Source of the DNA: Acanthaster planci
Taxonomy: Eukaryota
Assembly: GCF_001949145.1 (NCBI RefSeq)
Contig: NW_019091356.1
Location: forward strand, 124,001 to 188,000
Length of the DNA stretch: 64,000 nucleotides
Direction: 5' to 3'
Below the pieces are notes generated by a model. That model was given only the letters and a program-made list of their open reading frames with translations. It was not told the origin of the DNA and ran no database searches. Below are positions 41,001 through 51,781 of this stretch, in pieces (the first letter of the stretch is position 1; each line of letters opens with the position of its first letter). A program made the translations under genes and the position numbers.

Positions 41001-43169
41001 ACAAAATAATCTTCTCTCGCGTTTGCGCATGATTGTGTCCTTGTTTTGACAACACGTTTAATATAACATAAATATAGTCAGAAGAATACTAATAAGTTGG
41101 TAATATTGCATGGAGGAAAATCTAATGAAATTTAAATTTAAAATTCGTTGTTAATATCACCTCTCTTTATACTTCAAAGAGAGGTGAATTCAAATGTTTA
41201 CATCCAAATCAATTCGGTGACGCCTAAATTGTAAATCCAAGATAGTAACAAATACTTTTTCTTTCAACATAATAAACATATAAATGGCAAAAAGGTTATC
41301 AGAATACTCTGATCTATTTATAATTGGGGATACTTTCAATGCCATTTCACATTCTTTATTGTTGGGTAAGACAATATGCATTAATCTCTTTGAACTGATT
41401 TAATGCAGAGTGTAGTCACTGGCTACATGGTTGGTTTGGTCGTCGCTGTGACAATGTCTGTGGGTTGCATTGTCTACCAAGTCCCTCACGACAACTTGCC
41501 GTTATCAGCCGACTGGTGTCTGAATGAGACCTACACGAGTATCAACGAAACTATGGCAACACCCACATCTTTGACAACTCAGTTACTGTCAGTGACACTC
41601 TCCAATGTTACTGACAGTGAAATAGGCAGGTTGGTTATAAATGTGACAGGAAAATCATTCAAGACTCCAGCACTATCAGCTCCGAGTGGAACAAAAGAGT
41701 TTGACGTGGGACACGTACCACGCTGAGCACGCGTGAGGAATTTGTTCCTTAGTGTACGGTACCTGTGTACATGCAGAACGCGTGCAAGAACCCACTGGAA
41801 AACGTACCGTATAGTCTACATTTGTCTTTCTTTTACCGCTTGGGGGTGCACCACAACTCGAGGCGAATAGATTGAACAGTATAGAATGGCTTAATATGAT
41901 GCTATTTGGCGAAGACAAAGACTGAGATTAGAGCAGAGTTGGAGAGTTTGGAGAAAGGGATTCTGAAAGGGCTGAAAATGACATAATTCGATATGAATTA
42001 GCTACTCTCTAGTCCTTCCTGAACAAGCCAATTTCTCTAGACTTTTTTAATTACATGCACATAATTGGAAAAAAGCAAGACTGTCAAGGGGGGTGTAAAT
42101 TTAAAGTATGAAACCATTTTTTTCCACAGATCTGAGGTTCCAGTTATATTTACCCTGGCTACGAATTGGTTGGGGGTTTTAACAACTTTAACGACAGTTG
42201 TGGTGACATTATTAGCTACACTGGTCACGGGTAAGTCAAGGAATTATTTTACTTGAATAAAGTCTGCTTAACCCTAACCCTCCTGAATCCTTCACCTGTT
42301 GGAGGATTGAGGAGGGTTAGGGTTAAATAACACCTGTAGCTAAGAAACTAAGAAAAAGCACCACCTGGAATTAAAACACATTCAATTTGACAAACTAATT
42401 CATATCAAAGAATTCAGTTTTAAAACAAGACTTTTTGTTTAATAAACCTGGGAAACTTATACTATAGTGAAATATCTCATCACCTGTTAGGGAAAAATGA
42501 CACATCTAACATGGATCCGCGTTTGGTGTTTTGGAAAATCAAGACTTCTTTTGTCTCAAGTGACGAACAAAAGGTAAGGAACAAATATTTCCCCCACATT
42601 TCACATTGCCTGATTGATTTAGTGCCTTGTCAAAGTGCATCTTACAATATTACTGAAACCAATGTATGAACAAGTATAATGTCGTGGTTCTCAATTTTAT
42701 AACTTGCTGTGAGGAAAATATACTGTGTGTACAGATTCTTCATAATATCTACACTGAATAATATCAAAAGCGCAGGTCAGACGATGTTGCCTACTGCCAA
42801 ACAGAAAATTTGCCCTGTGTATTATCCACTGTCTCGGTAATGCTTCTTTCTGAGTCTCGAGATTGTGGCAATCTCTCCCTCAATACCCTTCACCTACTTC
42901 ACTACTTTACTGGCAAATCAATGGAATCATTTGCATTCATGTACTCCACGCTGTGCATTGAAAGTTAAAAGACCTAGTATCAAAAACTTCCCCTCCCCCA
43001 TTTCTTGGGGAATTGTTTCTTTCTTTTTCAGATTTGTAAGAAAGGGTATTCCTCCGTTCCAGATAATGATTATAAAGAGCTCAACAACAGTAAAAAAAAA
43101 ATTGGCTTCAAGTACGAACCGATCTCCCCGGAGAGCAACCCTGTAGTCGAGTTGGTTACTTCGATTTGA
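35061..43169 (+). CDS. SLC5 sodium:solute symporter, SMCT/SMVT/NIS-like, copy C; 15 exons: 35061-35414, 35676-35741, 35981-36032, 36192-36259, 37019-37170, 37451-37585, 37756-37885, 38323-38411, 38594-38706, 38990-39057, 40833-40919, 41409-41629, 42130-42230, 42491-42573, 43032-43169
   Basis: Same exon phases and motifs as copy A (YLELRF, GGIKAVLWTD, NQYMVQR, YEGCDP, PGVPGL, LSTLSS); spliced frame open, ending ELVTSI*. Confidence 0.92.
36557..36707. repeat. Dispersed repeat fragment, same family and orientation as ~46530-46681
   Basis: Shared TGTTGGTCATTGT...GGAATCT..GGAAT..CTTT.CAGACATCT.GGGGGATGTGTTA.GTAAC...TGTGTAT...TTGCTGGG. Confidence 0.7.
39166..40598. mobile_element. ~1.43 kb non-autonomous DNA transposon / foldback element with ~180-200 bp imperfect terminal inverted repeats in SLC5 copy C intron 10
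   Basis: Left AGTGCGACCCGTCTGTATAGGTAAAACC...CCAATCAGAAGACTGGGTTTTG...TAGTAGGGCTG...GAGGGATGTTTTG (39166-~39345) is the reverse complement of ~40400-40598 (CAAAACATCCCTC...CAGCCCTACTA...CAAAACCCAGTCTTCTGATTGG...GGTTTTACCTACACAGACGGGTTGCACT). No transposase ORF inside. Confidence 0.85.
41721..41870. repeat. SINE-like dispersed repeat; inverted second copy at ~46215-46370
   Basis: CACGCTGAG...GCAGAACGCGTGCAAGAACCCACT..AAAAC...CCGCTTGG.GGT.CAC..CAACTCG.GGCG.ATAG shared with the reverse complement of 46215-46370. SINE assignment is only a guess. Confidence 0.65.
42268..42326. mobile_element. Tiny hairpin element with piggyBac-like ends (TTAA-CCC...GGG-TTAA)
   Basis: TTAACCCTAACCCTCC...GGAGGGTTAGGGTTAA is a perfect 16-bp inverted repeat, continuing imperfectly (AATCCTTCA/TGGAGGATT); 51 bp between the TTAA sites. 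Confidence 0.55.
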
Positions 43170-45187
43170 AGCATTCCAATTTGAAGAGTGGAATTATGCC
43201 CTTCAATTTTCATGAGTTTGTTTGATGCGTGTGCGAAAAAGAATTCTGTATCATTATGTGGCATTTTGTATCATTAATAAAATGTAAAGAGATGAAATGC
43301 ATTCATACGGCGATTTACAAGAGTCCATCTCCAAGAGTTTGCAACGCGTTGGCCAATCACAGCGTGCGAAATCTTTCGACCCTTTTCAAACGTGCATTGG
43401 GTCGACAGATTTCGCGCTCAACCGTGCCCATGCACGCACCAAGCGCACGCGCAAAGACCAAAGATTCAAATAGATATCGGTCGTGTGCTCAGCGCGTCCT
43501 GCACGCACACCGTGCCCAAGGACTGTTTTCGGTTTTCGCTATGTAAAAGTACGCCCTCTCTTGTTTCAGCTGGGAGCGGATTTGTTAAATAGTTTTTGTC
43601 TAGATATTCATTCCAGGGTAGTTTTCTTCTGCAGCGTAAAAATAATATGCTTACAAATTTCGTGAGTAATGATACCATTTTGAATATCATTTGAGTTCAT
43701 TTGGGTCTCTATAAGGTAATAGCTGATCGTAAAAAATGGCCACCTGATTATTATAAAACAGTTAATTACTTGAGTAGTGATAGATATCTTGGAAAAAAAT
43801 ATACACAGAGAGAAAGAGCATATCATTACAGCTAGGTATGAAATGGAATTTGATTACACTATTACTACTGAAAGCATTGAGCATAAATATTTACAAAGTT
43901 CACCAGATTACGTTTTCGTCAGTTTAAAAAGCTTCAATGATGAAATGATCGGGTGAACTACGGCTGAACGTTACGAACCATTTATGCCACTGTTGTGTCA
44001 ATCTTGTACATTCTTTACTAATATACAAACTGAACATTTGAAAATGCTTTTTATCAGTTACGCTTTTCTTTATCATTAATTGAGATATACTTATTACATT
44101 ACATGTAATTATTATCGTTTCACATTTTAGGGATAGATATCTCTGATTATAAATTCTGTTAAAACGTATTTGTACTTACAGGCTAACAATGTGAGTGGAA
44201 TGTTTAGTATATTTTTTGAGTGTTTACTCTTTTCTTCTACACGCTTATTAGGACAATGTTTTAAGTCAAATCAGCTTGACACTTTGTATAAAAAGTAGAT
44301 TCGTGAAGCATTGGTCCTGTGGTGACGTCATGAAAACGTCATTCTCTAAGTTTTTGTAGAGTTTTTACATTTTAAATCTCATAGCTTTTGTATACGTTTT
44401 TACGCGGCACGTTATATACCACATGCATGTACGACAATTCCATTTTCCTTAAAATCTTTGAGATGCAGAAAATGCTGAGTTCTGTTGTCAAACAGACGTC
44501 TATTCTAATGCTCATTTCAATAATTGATGTATCGTGTATATATTCACATATATTGTAACATTTTCTTACTCCGTTTCTATCATTTTGTATTCAATCATTC
44601 ATAAATGTACCATTACACTTTACTAAGATACTGGTGTAAAATTTTGCGTTTGAAGTGATTGGATGGAAGAAAATATGGTAGATAGATTTAAATCGAAACT
44701 AAAGGATTTCAAATAAAAGAGACCAACGTTCGAAGGTATAAACCTCCAGGCTAAAGTTGAGCTCCGAGGAGTCCCGTTTTCTGAAAAAAAGGACCTTCAT
44801 TAACTTCCTATCCCGACTTTCCTTGCCACACATTAGTGATTTTCTTTTTTAATTAAAACTCGATCAGCTAAATTTAAACCATTGACACGCTCAACCCTGC
44901 GTGTTGACGAAACCACAAGGATTTAAACAAGATATCTTACAATTGCAGCTTTAAAGCTCAACGGTGACAACTAAAGGCACTTTTCATGCGCGTCAACACT
45001 TACACCAAGCGATGGGTATCCGTCAAAATCACTCCCGGGGCGATTTGACGGTGGAAGGCAACACACACGTGTTATGTTACTGGAGTCGATTTTGTGTCTA
45101 TGAGAGTAAAACGCATGAACGCGCAATGAAATCACAATGCAAAAGTAAGATTTAAATTCCCCTTCTTCCTACATGGTGGAAAAGATA

Positions 45188-45743
45188 TGAGAAATGGGTT
45201 TGTGGTTACGATTCGGCCAGTGTGCTCTGGCCGGCCTCGGGAGATTGTGCCGGACAAAACTTGTTATAAAGGTAATCCGGACGCAGTGGAGTGTGGAACA
45301 GAATTCGCGGCTTGAGTGACTGAGTGTGTGCGCTGTTGCGGAAAGGTGTTGGATCCTGGAATTAGCGGGAAACCTTGGGTTCGGGTCTAGGGGACCCTTA
45401 TGCCGGGGGGGAGGGGGTGGTTTCGGGTAGAGAAGACCCTAACGCCTGAGATGGGGGGCATGGGTTTTGGGTATAAGGGACCCTACTGCCCAGGAGAGGG
45501 TGTCCCGCTAATTCCAGGATCCAACACCTTTCCGCAACAGCGCACACACTGAGTCACTCAAGCCGCTCCACTGCTTTTGGATTACCTTTATAACCAGCTA
45601 TCCACTCCAGTCCGGGACACTCTCCTGAGGACGGCCAGAGCACACTGGCCGAAACGTCGGAATAACACTCACCAGTTCTTTTAAGAACCGCACCTCGCCC
45701 AAAAGAGATTGATTCCATGGTGTACCTGCAAACCCATTTCTCA
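45188..45743. mobile_element. Long inverted repeat made of two Penelope-like pseudo-LTR copies around a G-rich ~43-bp tandem triplet
   Basis: Inner arms 45307-45370 / 45503-45566 match 63 of 64 nt; outer arms share TTCGGCCAGTGTGCTCTGGCCG, GTTATAAAGGTAATCC and TGAGAAATGGGTTTG (45188-45202 / 45729-45743); the right arm carries a hammerhead core. Confidence 0.7.
45618..45664 (+). ncRNA. Minimal type I hammerhead ribozyme motif (Penelope/retrozyme type)
   Basis: CTGAGGA (45625-45631), one extra C, stem II GGCCAG-agcaca-CTGGCC (45633-45650), GAAA (45651-45654), palindromic ACGT stem III, GUC cleavage triplet ending 45658. Stem I (tctc/ggaa) is weak. Confidence 0.65.
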
Positions 45744-46371
45744 CAATGCAAACCCTGCACTGTTAATCAAACAACTTTGGCTGGTCCTTGTCTGGTTTTA
45801 AGATGTTAAATAAACATGGCAGTTGTGCGGTGTAGTTCAATTCAATTATATCATTAGGTCTACAGTAGGCGGTTCAACTTACGATTAAGAGCTTCTTGAC
45901 GTGAATGTTTTTGTCTTCAAGCTACAATTTATTCCGTTCGTTAACATAAACGCACTCCAGATTCACATCTCTGCTTCATGCCAGCAGATACTCTGGTCAC
46001 TAATGGTCCGCATGAAGTCATAAAAGCTTGCAAACATGGCGCTCTTCATAATAGCGCTCAAAACAATGGCACATTCCAGTAGACACACACAACGGAGCAC
46101 GCACATGCCTTTCTTTCGTCACGCGTCCCAAGCGACAATGATCAAACTGTGGTGGCGCCACACTATATAGCTCATTCCTTCACTTGCGCGCGTGCTTTTG
46201 GAAAATCACGACACCCTATCCGCCCCGAGTTGAAGTGAACCTCCAAGCGGCAAAAGAACGATTGATGGCATTAATACAAGTTTTCAAAGTGGGTTCTTGC
46301 ACGCGTTCTGCGTGTAGTGTACGCAAAGCCACACATTCTGGAATAAATTTGTTTCGCCTACTCAGCGTGTA

Positions 46372-46740
46372 TTAAAGGTTTTTATTGACAGGAGGCACCT
46401 GCCTCATTACGTCCTTACTGAACACCTGTTCTTTAGTAACCGGTCCTTCCTGGACTGGAATTATTGTCTCTTTGTGAAATCTGTAAGTCCGCATATGCAG
46501 CAAGGTATGAGATGGAAGAGAACCCCCCCTGCTTTTGTTGGTCATTGTCTCGCAGGAATCTGGGGAATTCCTTTCAGACATCTTGGGGGATGTGTTAAGT
46601 AACAGTAGTCTGGAATGTGTATAGGGATTGGACATGTTGGGAGGGTACCTCTCGGTCTCATTTCTTGCTGGGTATATAAGTCCGCCATGGGCTAGGTTAG
46701 AAGCACAAGTATACAGGTTAGGAAACCTAGGCATAAACAT
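46372..46740 (-). mobile_element. Degenerate repeat, possibly a Penelope-like linker/GIY-YIG endonuclease remnant
   Basis: Across frameshifts reads ..PKMSER.., GVLFHLIPCCICGLT.., KET..PVQE....KEQ, loosely like the PLE pattern PY..G.SE / GVVY.IPC..C...YIGET.R....R.KEH; partial second copy at ~36557-36707. Confidence 0.35.
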
Positions 46741-46995
46741 GTCAGGATTTGTGTTGGCAGATCCGACGATGCTTTGTGACTTTTTGTACCTATTTTGCCA
46801 TTAACGTACACCTGTCGTTTCTGCAAATCAAGATAAAAAGTGATGAATTACAGACAATAGCATAATCAAAAGTATCTGAGCCACAATTTTGTGGTTTGCC
46901 TTAATGTAACATATCTGGATCTGGATTTGTGATTCTGATAAAACGGGTATCCGCATCAGATGACCTAAAGACCTGGTGCTGGGTGGGCTATGAAA

Positions 46996-47855
46996 TTACT
47001 GAAAATGAACTCTTACTGCGGATTTGAAGGAGTCATACTTATCTATGTCCAGAATATTGTGTGACAAGCTATTCCAGTGAGGGATTGTCCAGGGAGAAAA
47101 ATCTGTTCGCATAAGGTTGATTTTGCTGCTATTTGTATAAATGATAAGCAATGGTGTCGCCTGGTGCTTCTAGAGGGTTTACACAGGTGATCTTCCCACT
47201 TTATCTCAACTAAGTTGTGGCTAATTCGATACATCAGAGATAATTTAACGACCGTCCGGTTAACTTCAAGGCTTGACCAGTCTAGTCGGTGGAGCATTTT
47301 AGTAACACTCGCTTCCCTACAGAATTGCCATTGAAAAACACAGACGGGCAGCAGATCTCTGGATCATGTGAAGACGGTATTTCTCATTCTTTGTTGTTGG
47401 ATACCAAGCAGCAGAACCATACATGAGTTTAGGCAGAATCAATGATTTGTATAACTGTGATTTTACACCAACTGGACAGGTTTTGAAGTTTCTCCTGATA
47501 ACGCCCATTGTCTTCATAAATTTACTGGTAACATCCAAAATGTGATTTTCCCATTTTAGATTATTACTACATTTTATTCTCAGGTACGAGTTACAATCAG
47601 TGGTCTGGAGTTGATCTCCACACAAAATGTAAGGAGACATTTTTGGAGGTCCCTTTTTGTGAAGTGCATGACGAAACATTTGCTGGTAGTGAAAGCCATT
47701 TGCCAGTCAGATCCCCATTTAGTAAGTGCATCTAAGTCAGCTTGTAGGATGGAACAATCCTCCTCAGATCTAATTTCACGATATTTAAATGCATTATCTG
47801 CGAACAGCCTAACCGGAGTGCCTTTTGAGATGCATTCTGGGAGGTCGTTTAAGTA
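46996..47855 (-). mobile_element. 5'-truncated, frameshifted LINE (CR1/L2-like clade) reverse transcriptase 3' end
   Basis: YLNDLPECI..TPVRLFADN (decayed F/YADD), LQADLDALTKW...WQMAF..SKC, NLKWENHI, MGVIRRNF, LYKSLILPKLMYGSAAW.P, IQRSAAR, ML..LDWSSL, WTIPHWNSL..FKS..*. Confidence 0.88.
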
Positions 47856-48920
47856 GGCCGTTTATATCGGATTGTTTTCCAGTTTGTTTGGTTGGTGTCC
47901 TCTTATTTTCCTTTCTAGTGTTTTGGCTGTCAACATATCCCTCGTTAGATGCCCTAGAACGGACGGTCATAGCAATGGCCACGCTACCACCAACCTCAGC
48001 ATAATCATACTTCAGAGATGTGTTTCCTGGTTAAGCTGGAGTTGAGACTTTCTTGAAAACAGATTCTTCGTCTGGAAGACGTCTTTGTGTGTCCTCGTCA
48101 AGAGTTTTGTGCATCTCATCTGGAGTTACAGGGTTTCTGTTGCCCTTATCATCGTTCATTTCACCTGTAAAAAGATTAATAATAGCTGTGAGGTTGATAG
48201 ATCCTTTGGTATATCCAAACACATATTCCTAACAATGTTTTCCCTTTGGTACATCCAAACACATATTTCTAAAAATGTATTCATTCAGTTCAAAACTTTT
48301 CGGCACATGTCCCCCTTGTATTGTAACATACACACTTTGCAATCCTAAACGGCTTAGCTGCAGAGTTCCAACGCTGTAAAATTAATTACAGATTATAATA
48401 CTTAGATTACTTATTTTGTCTAAGTAAAAAGAAATCATTAGATAGTGCAATTTAACCTAAAGAGAGGCAGACAGCATTCCCAAACAGTCACGGGCAATAC
48501 GCAATCATAACTTATGAAAATGTTCTATCGGTACCGGTACTGACACAAACAGACGCAGACGGCAAAATTCGACCATGCTTGTTTGATTATATATTTTTCT
48601 TTCTTAGCAGCGCGTCAAGTGTGACAGAGCTGCGATCTGAAGGTAGACTTGGAAACTAGAATCAAATTCATAAATGTATACACAAAGTTCGATAAAAACG
48701 CTCCAAGGAGACGCCGTAGACATGGGAAGTCACAACATCCTACTGGTCTATCTGAGGTATGGCAGACACAATAGGAGGGCGCCATTTGGTTGGGTAACAT
48801 CTTCTGTGCTAACTCAACAAAGGCCGAGTTCAGACGGCTTGTTTTCGTATATTAACAAACCGCTCGATGTGTTGTTATATAACGTTTGTGGGTATGGTGT
48901 TCTATTCCCGCCAAATTAGC

Positions 48921-49140
48921 GTCGCGTCGTGCCATCGCCCCGACGGCACGACGCGACGCCACGACGGCAAGACGCGACGCCACGAGGGCACGATACGACG
49001 GCACGACGCGCCGGCACGATGCAACATTAACAAGAAATAGCACGACGCGACGGCACGACGCGACGAAATTATCTTAGCATGAACTCAATAAGAAAGGAGG
49101 CGACGGCACGACGCGACGGCACAACGTCGTGCCGTCGCCT
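48921..49140. repeat. CpG-rich short-period repeat (GGCACGACGCGAC-like units in both orientations), probably part of a MITE
   Basis: Many imperfect CGACGGCACGACG units at 48942-49062 and 49100-49125; inverted copies at 48921-48938 and 49126-49139. Confidence 0.8.
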
Positions 49141-51018
49141 TTGATCGTACCCTTTGTGCGACCGTGAAAATGTTGAAAACTTTGGACGGCCCCTTCGTTC
49201 CCAAGTCCTTGTAAAGACTGTCTACATTGTACATTCGTGTCTTGCATGCTGTTCACTGTCATCAAAATGTCCTCAAAAAGCTTCCATTTCAAATTTTGTC
49301 CAAGAAACTTCTCACCGAGCATGGCGGTGAATGCCCGTAACAACACAGTCGACGTAGCTCTCCAAAAATATCACTGGAAGTACAATGTACATCTACAGGG
49401 CAACCGACTGCACGTACAGAAGAAATAGAGCGATCTCAGAAGACTGTCCTGTAGACACGTTCATGATTCCAAGGTTCAACCTGAAACAATTCAAGAAAGC
49501 GTGTGATTCAGTTCGCAGCAGGTAGCAGTATAGCTCAGCATGGATGCAGGATTCCAACCTTGAATCTGTAATGGGCAAAACCTTCGTGTTTTCCAGAGTA
49601 CACAGAAACGAAAGTGTTTCTTTTGTAGATTGAAGCATGGCCCAGGCTGGCACGCATATTGTTTGCATACGGAAATTAATCGCGGAACTACGTTGAATAA
49701 CCATTTTTCGTTATTTTTAGGACTATTTTGTGCGCTTGGCAATATGGAATGTAAAAGGCGTGATTGTCTGAATGGATTTGTAAAATAAATGGACTCTGTG
49801 GAGTGAAGAAATTAGGACGTAAAGGGCCAACTGCACATAAATTCTGGTACATGATGACTTAAAGATGCGAAATGAATGAAAACTTTGCCGAGGGTAATGT
49901 TATTGCACCCATCTCCCAAATTGAAAAATTTGACGCTCACGTTATAACTCGCAGTTTAAGCAAAGGATTTTCGAGTGTATCACCTATCCCCTGTTTCTGA
50001 GATCATAAATGAGCCCAATTGTTGGTCATAGACCAGTTTAAGCCCCTTCCCTAAAAAGTGATTAGGGAAACCACATTTTCTTTGCAAAGGTACAAGCATA
50101 ATCATAGGTTCTACGAGCCATGACAAACACATTTATCTTTCACTACAGAACTAGTTCTATTTCACACTTCCGTTATTAAAGGTTTCCTTCGTGGCTTTCC
50201 TGTGCCAAGGATTTCAACAGATCCAGTTGTTATTTTGAGACATCTTTCCAAACTTTCATAAGAACCATCACAAGTTATGTAAACAGTAGCGCTTGGATAC
50301 CAGGAACTTTAAGTGAATCTGTTAAAAAATAAACAATAAATATTGCCAAATTTACTGCAATAAAATACGAGATTGTATCAAGTTGCAAAGATTTGCCTAC
50401 CTGAAGTCGATGTGTTCAAGATTCCGTTGAGTTGACATCACGCAGTTGTTGTCAGCAAAGGTTAGATAAAATATTAGAAGTTTTCGTAAAAGTAGACTAC
50501 TGCTTCCTTTACGAATAAAAAGAAATCCCTTTAAATATTTTGATCTGTTTTTATTTCAGCTTTTACCGGCAGACCACTATTATATTTCAAACCGTAAATG
50601 TTCATCTGCGTACAAGACCGCCGCATTGGGCTGTTCATGTATTTTAGATTTTCAGAAGTGATGGGTCAATTTTTGGCAGGATATTTCTCTTTTAGGTCAG
50701 GTAATTTTTCAGTTTCTATAAATTGATATACTAGCAAATAGTTTCCACAGTCCTTTTTCCGAATTTGATTTTTTAAGAAGTAACTGAACGAACCTTTGCA
50801 AGTTGTTTTTCCTGTACAAGGGTTCCAGAAGTGCACCATCAGGGGTCAACCTTTAGAGGCCATTACTGAGGTGGCACGACACTCGTGGACGGGGAGTACG
50901 CGCATGTTACATGCCTTTTCCACCTATCCGATTCGTAAGTGTGACGTCATTTCAGTTTAAACCACGGCCATTGCGCATGCACTGCACGTAGAGTTGCATG
51001 CATTGATAGCCGTTTACA

Positions 51019-51259
51019 CACGGACGTATATAATAAAATCTGGACTCGTAATGCCCTTAATCAGCTTATTGAGTCATTGAATCCACTCGCGGCCATTTTA
51101 CTGAGCCGAAAACAAAACTTTCCTGGCAATGCCCGCCTATGTTCTTCCTGGCGTCAATAGTGACCTACGCTTTTACATTCGGCTCGGTAAAATGGCCGCT
51201 GGTTGGCTTCTTTTTCATACAAAGGAGTTGCAAGTCCAATGTTTTTATATACGTCCGTG
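51019..51259. mobile_element. 241-bp MITE with 15-bp TIRs and 8-bp target-site duplication (hAT- or P-type)
   Basis: TIR CACGGACGTATATAA / TTATATACGTCCGTG; TSD CGTTTACA at 51011-51018 and 51260-51267; internal inverted repeat GCGGCCATTTTACTGAGCCGAA (51089-51110) / TTCGGCTCGGTAAAATGGCCGC (51178-51199). Confidence 0.88.
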
Positions 51260-51764
51260 CGTTTACATGGCACCATGGAAACGGAAGTTAACGCGCAACT
51301 TCAGCGATCGTCCAATGGAAGCCTGAAAATCGTGGCGCGTCTACCTTTGTGACGAAGTCACTTACAAACCGGATAGACCAATCCGGATCGACGCCATAAC
51401 AACGGTGGCGTCGCACTCACACGCATATTTTTCAGCTTCACGCGAGCGTGCACTTGGCAAACCACGATATCAGATTGGTCAAAGACAAAGAGGCGCGCGA
51501 ACCACCTGTCCACGAGCGTTGCACCACCGCAGTAAAGGCTTCTTATTCTATATAGACCCATTGCGGGAGTGGTCAATGCCTAATTCATTCAGTAATTCCA
51601 TAACACATTTCCTCTATGATGAAGGTGAAGATTAAGTATAGAATGTAATAATTTTCATCACACGACCGACACTGCATTAAAAACAAACAAACACAACTTA
51701 TGACAGAGAAAATGAACAGTTCAATTTCCACAAATAATTTCCCGCCCTTTAATCACGGTCATAT

Positions 51765-51781
51765 TTTATTTGTATTTTATT
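51765..51781 (-). terminator. Tandem AATAAA polyadenylation signals, candidate distal end of the PCBP 3' UTR
   Basis: TTTATT on + at 51765-51770 and 51776-51781; GU-rich tract on - at ~51680-51697 (GTTGTGTTTGTTTGTTTT). Confidence 0.4.

Noticed and set aside
42865..43146. Apparent frameshift in the last exon of SLC5 copy C suggested by the ORF track
   Set aside because: Counting from the acceptor at 43031, the 10-A run keeps the frame to VTSI* at 43169; the listed ORF is a different frame.
44721..44751. Minus-strand hairpin followed by CGAACGTTGG, reminiscent of a hammerhead 3' half
   Set aside because: No CUGANGA and no intact GAAA; at best a very decayed copy.
48852..49077. Arg/Ala/Thr-rich ORFs on both strands
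   Set aside because: By-products of the CpG-rich tandem repeat.
49200..49750. Overlapping short ORFs that might be a decayed transposase
   Set aside because: No motif I can recognise with confidence; needs BLASTX.
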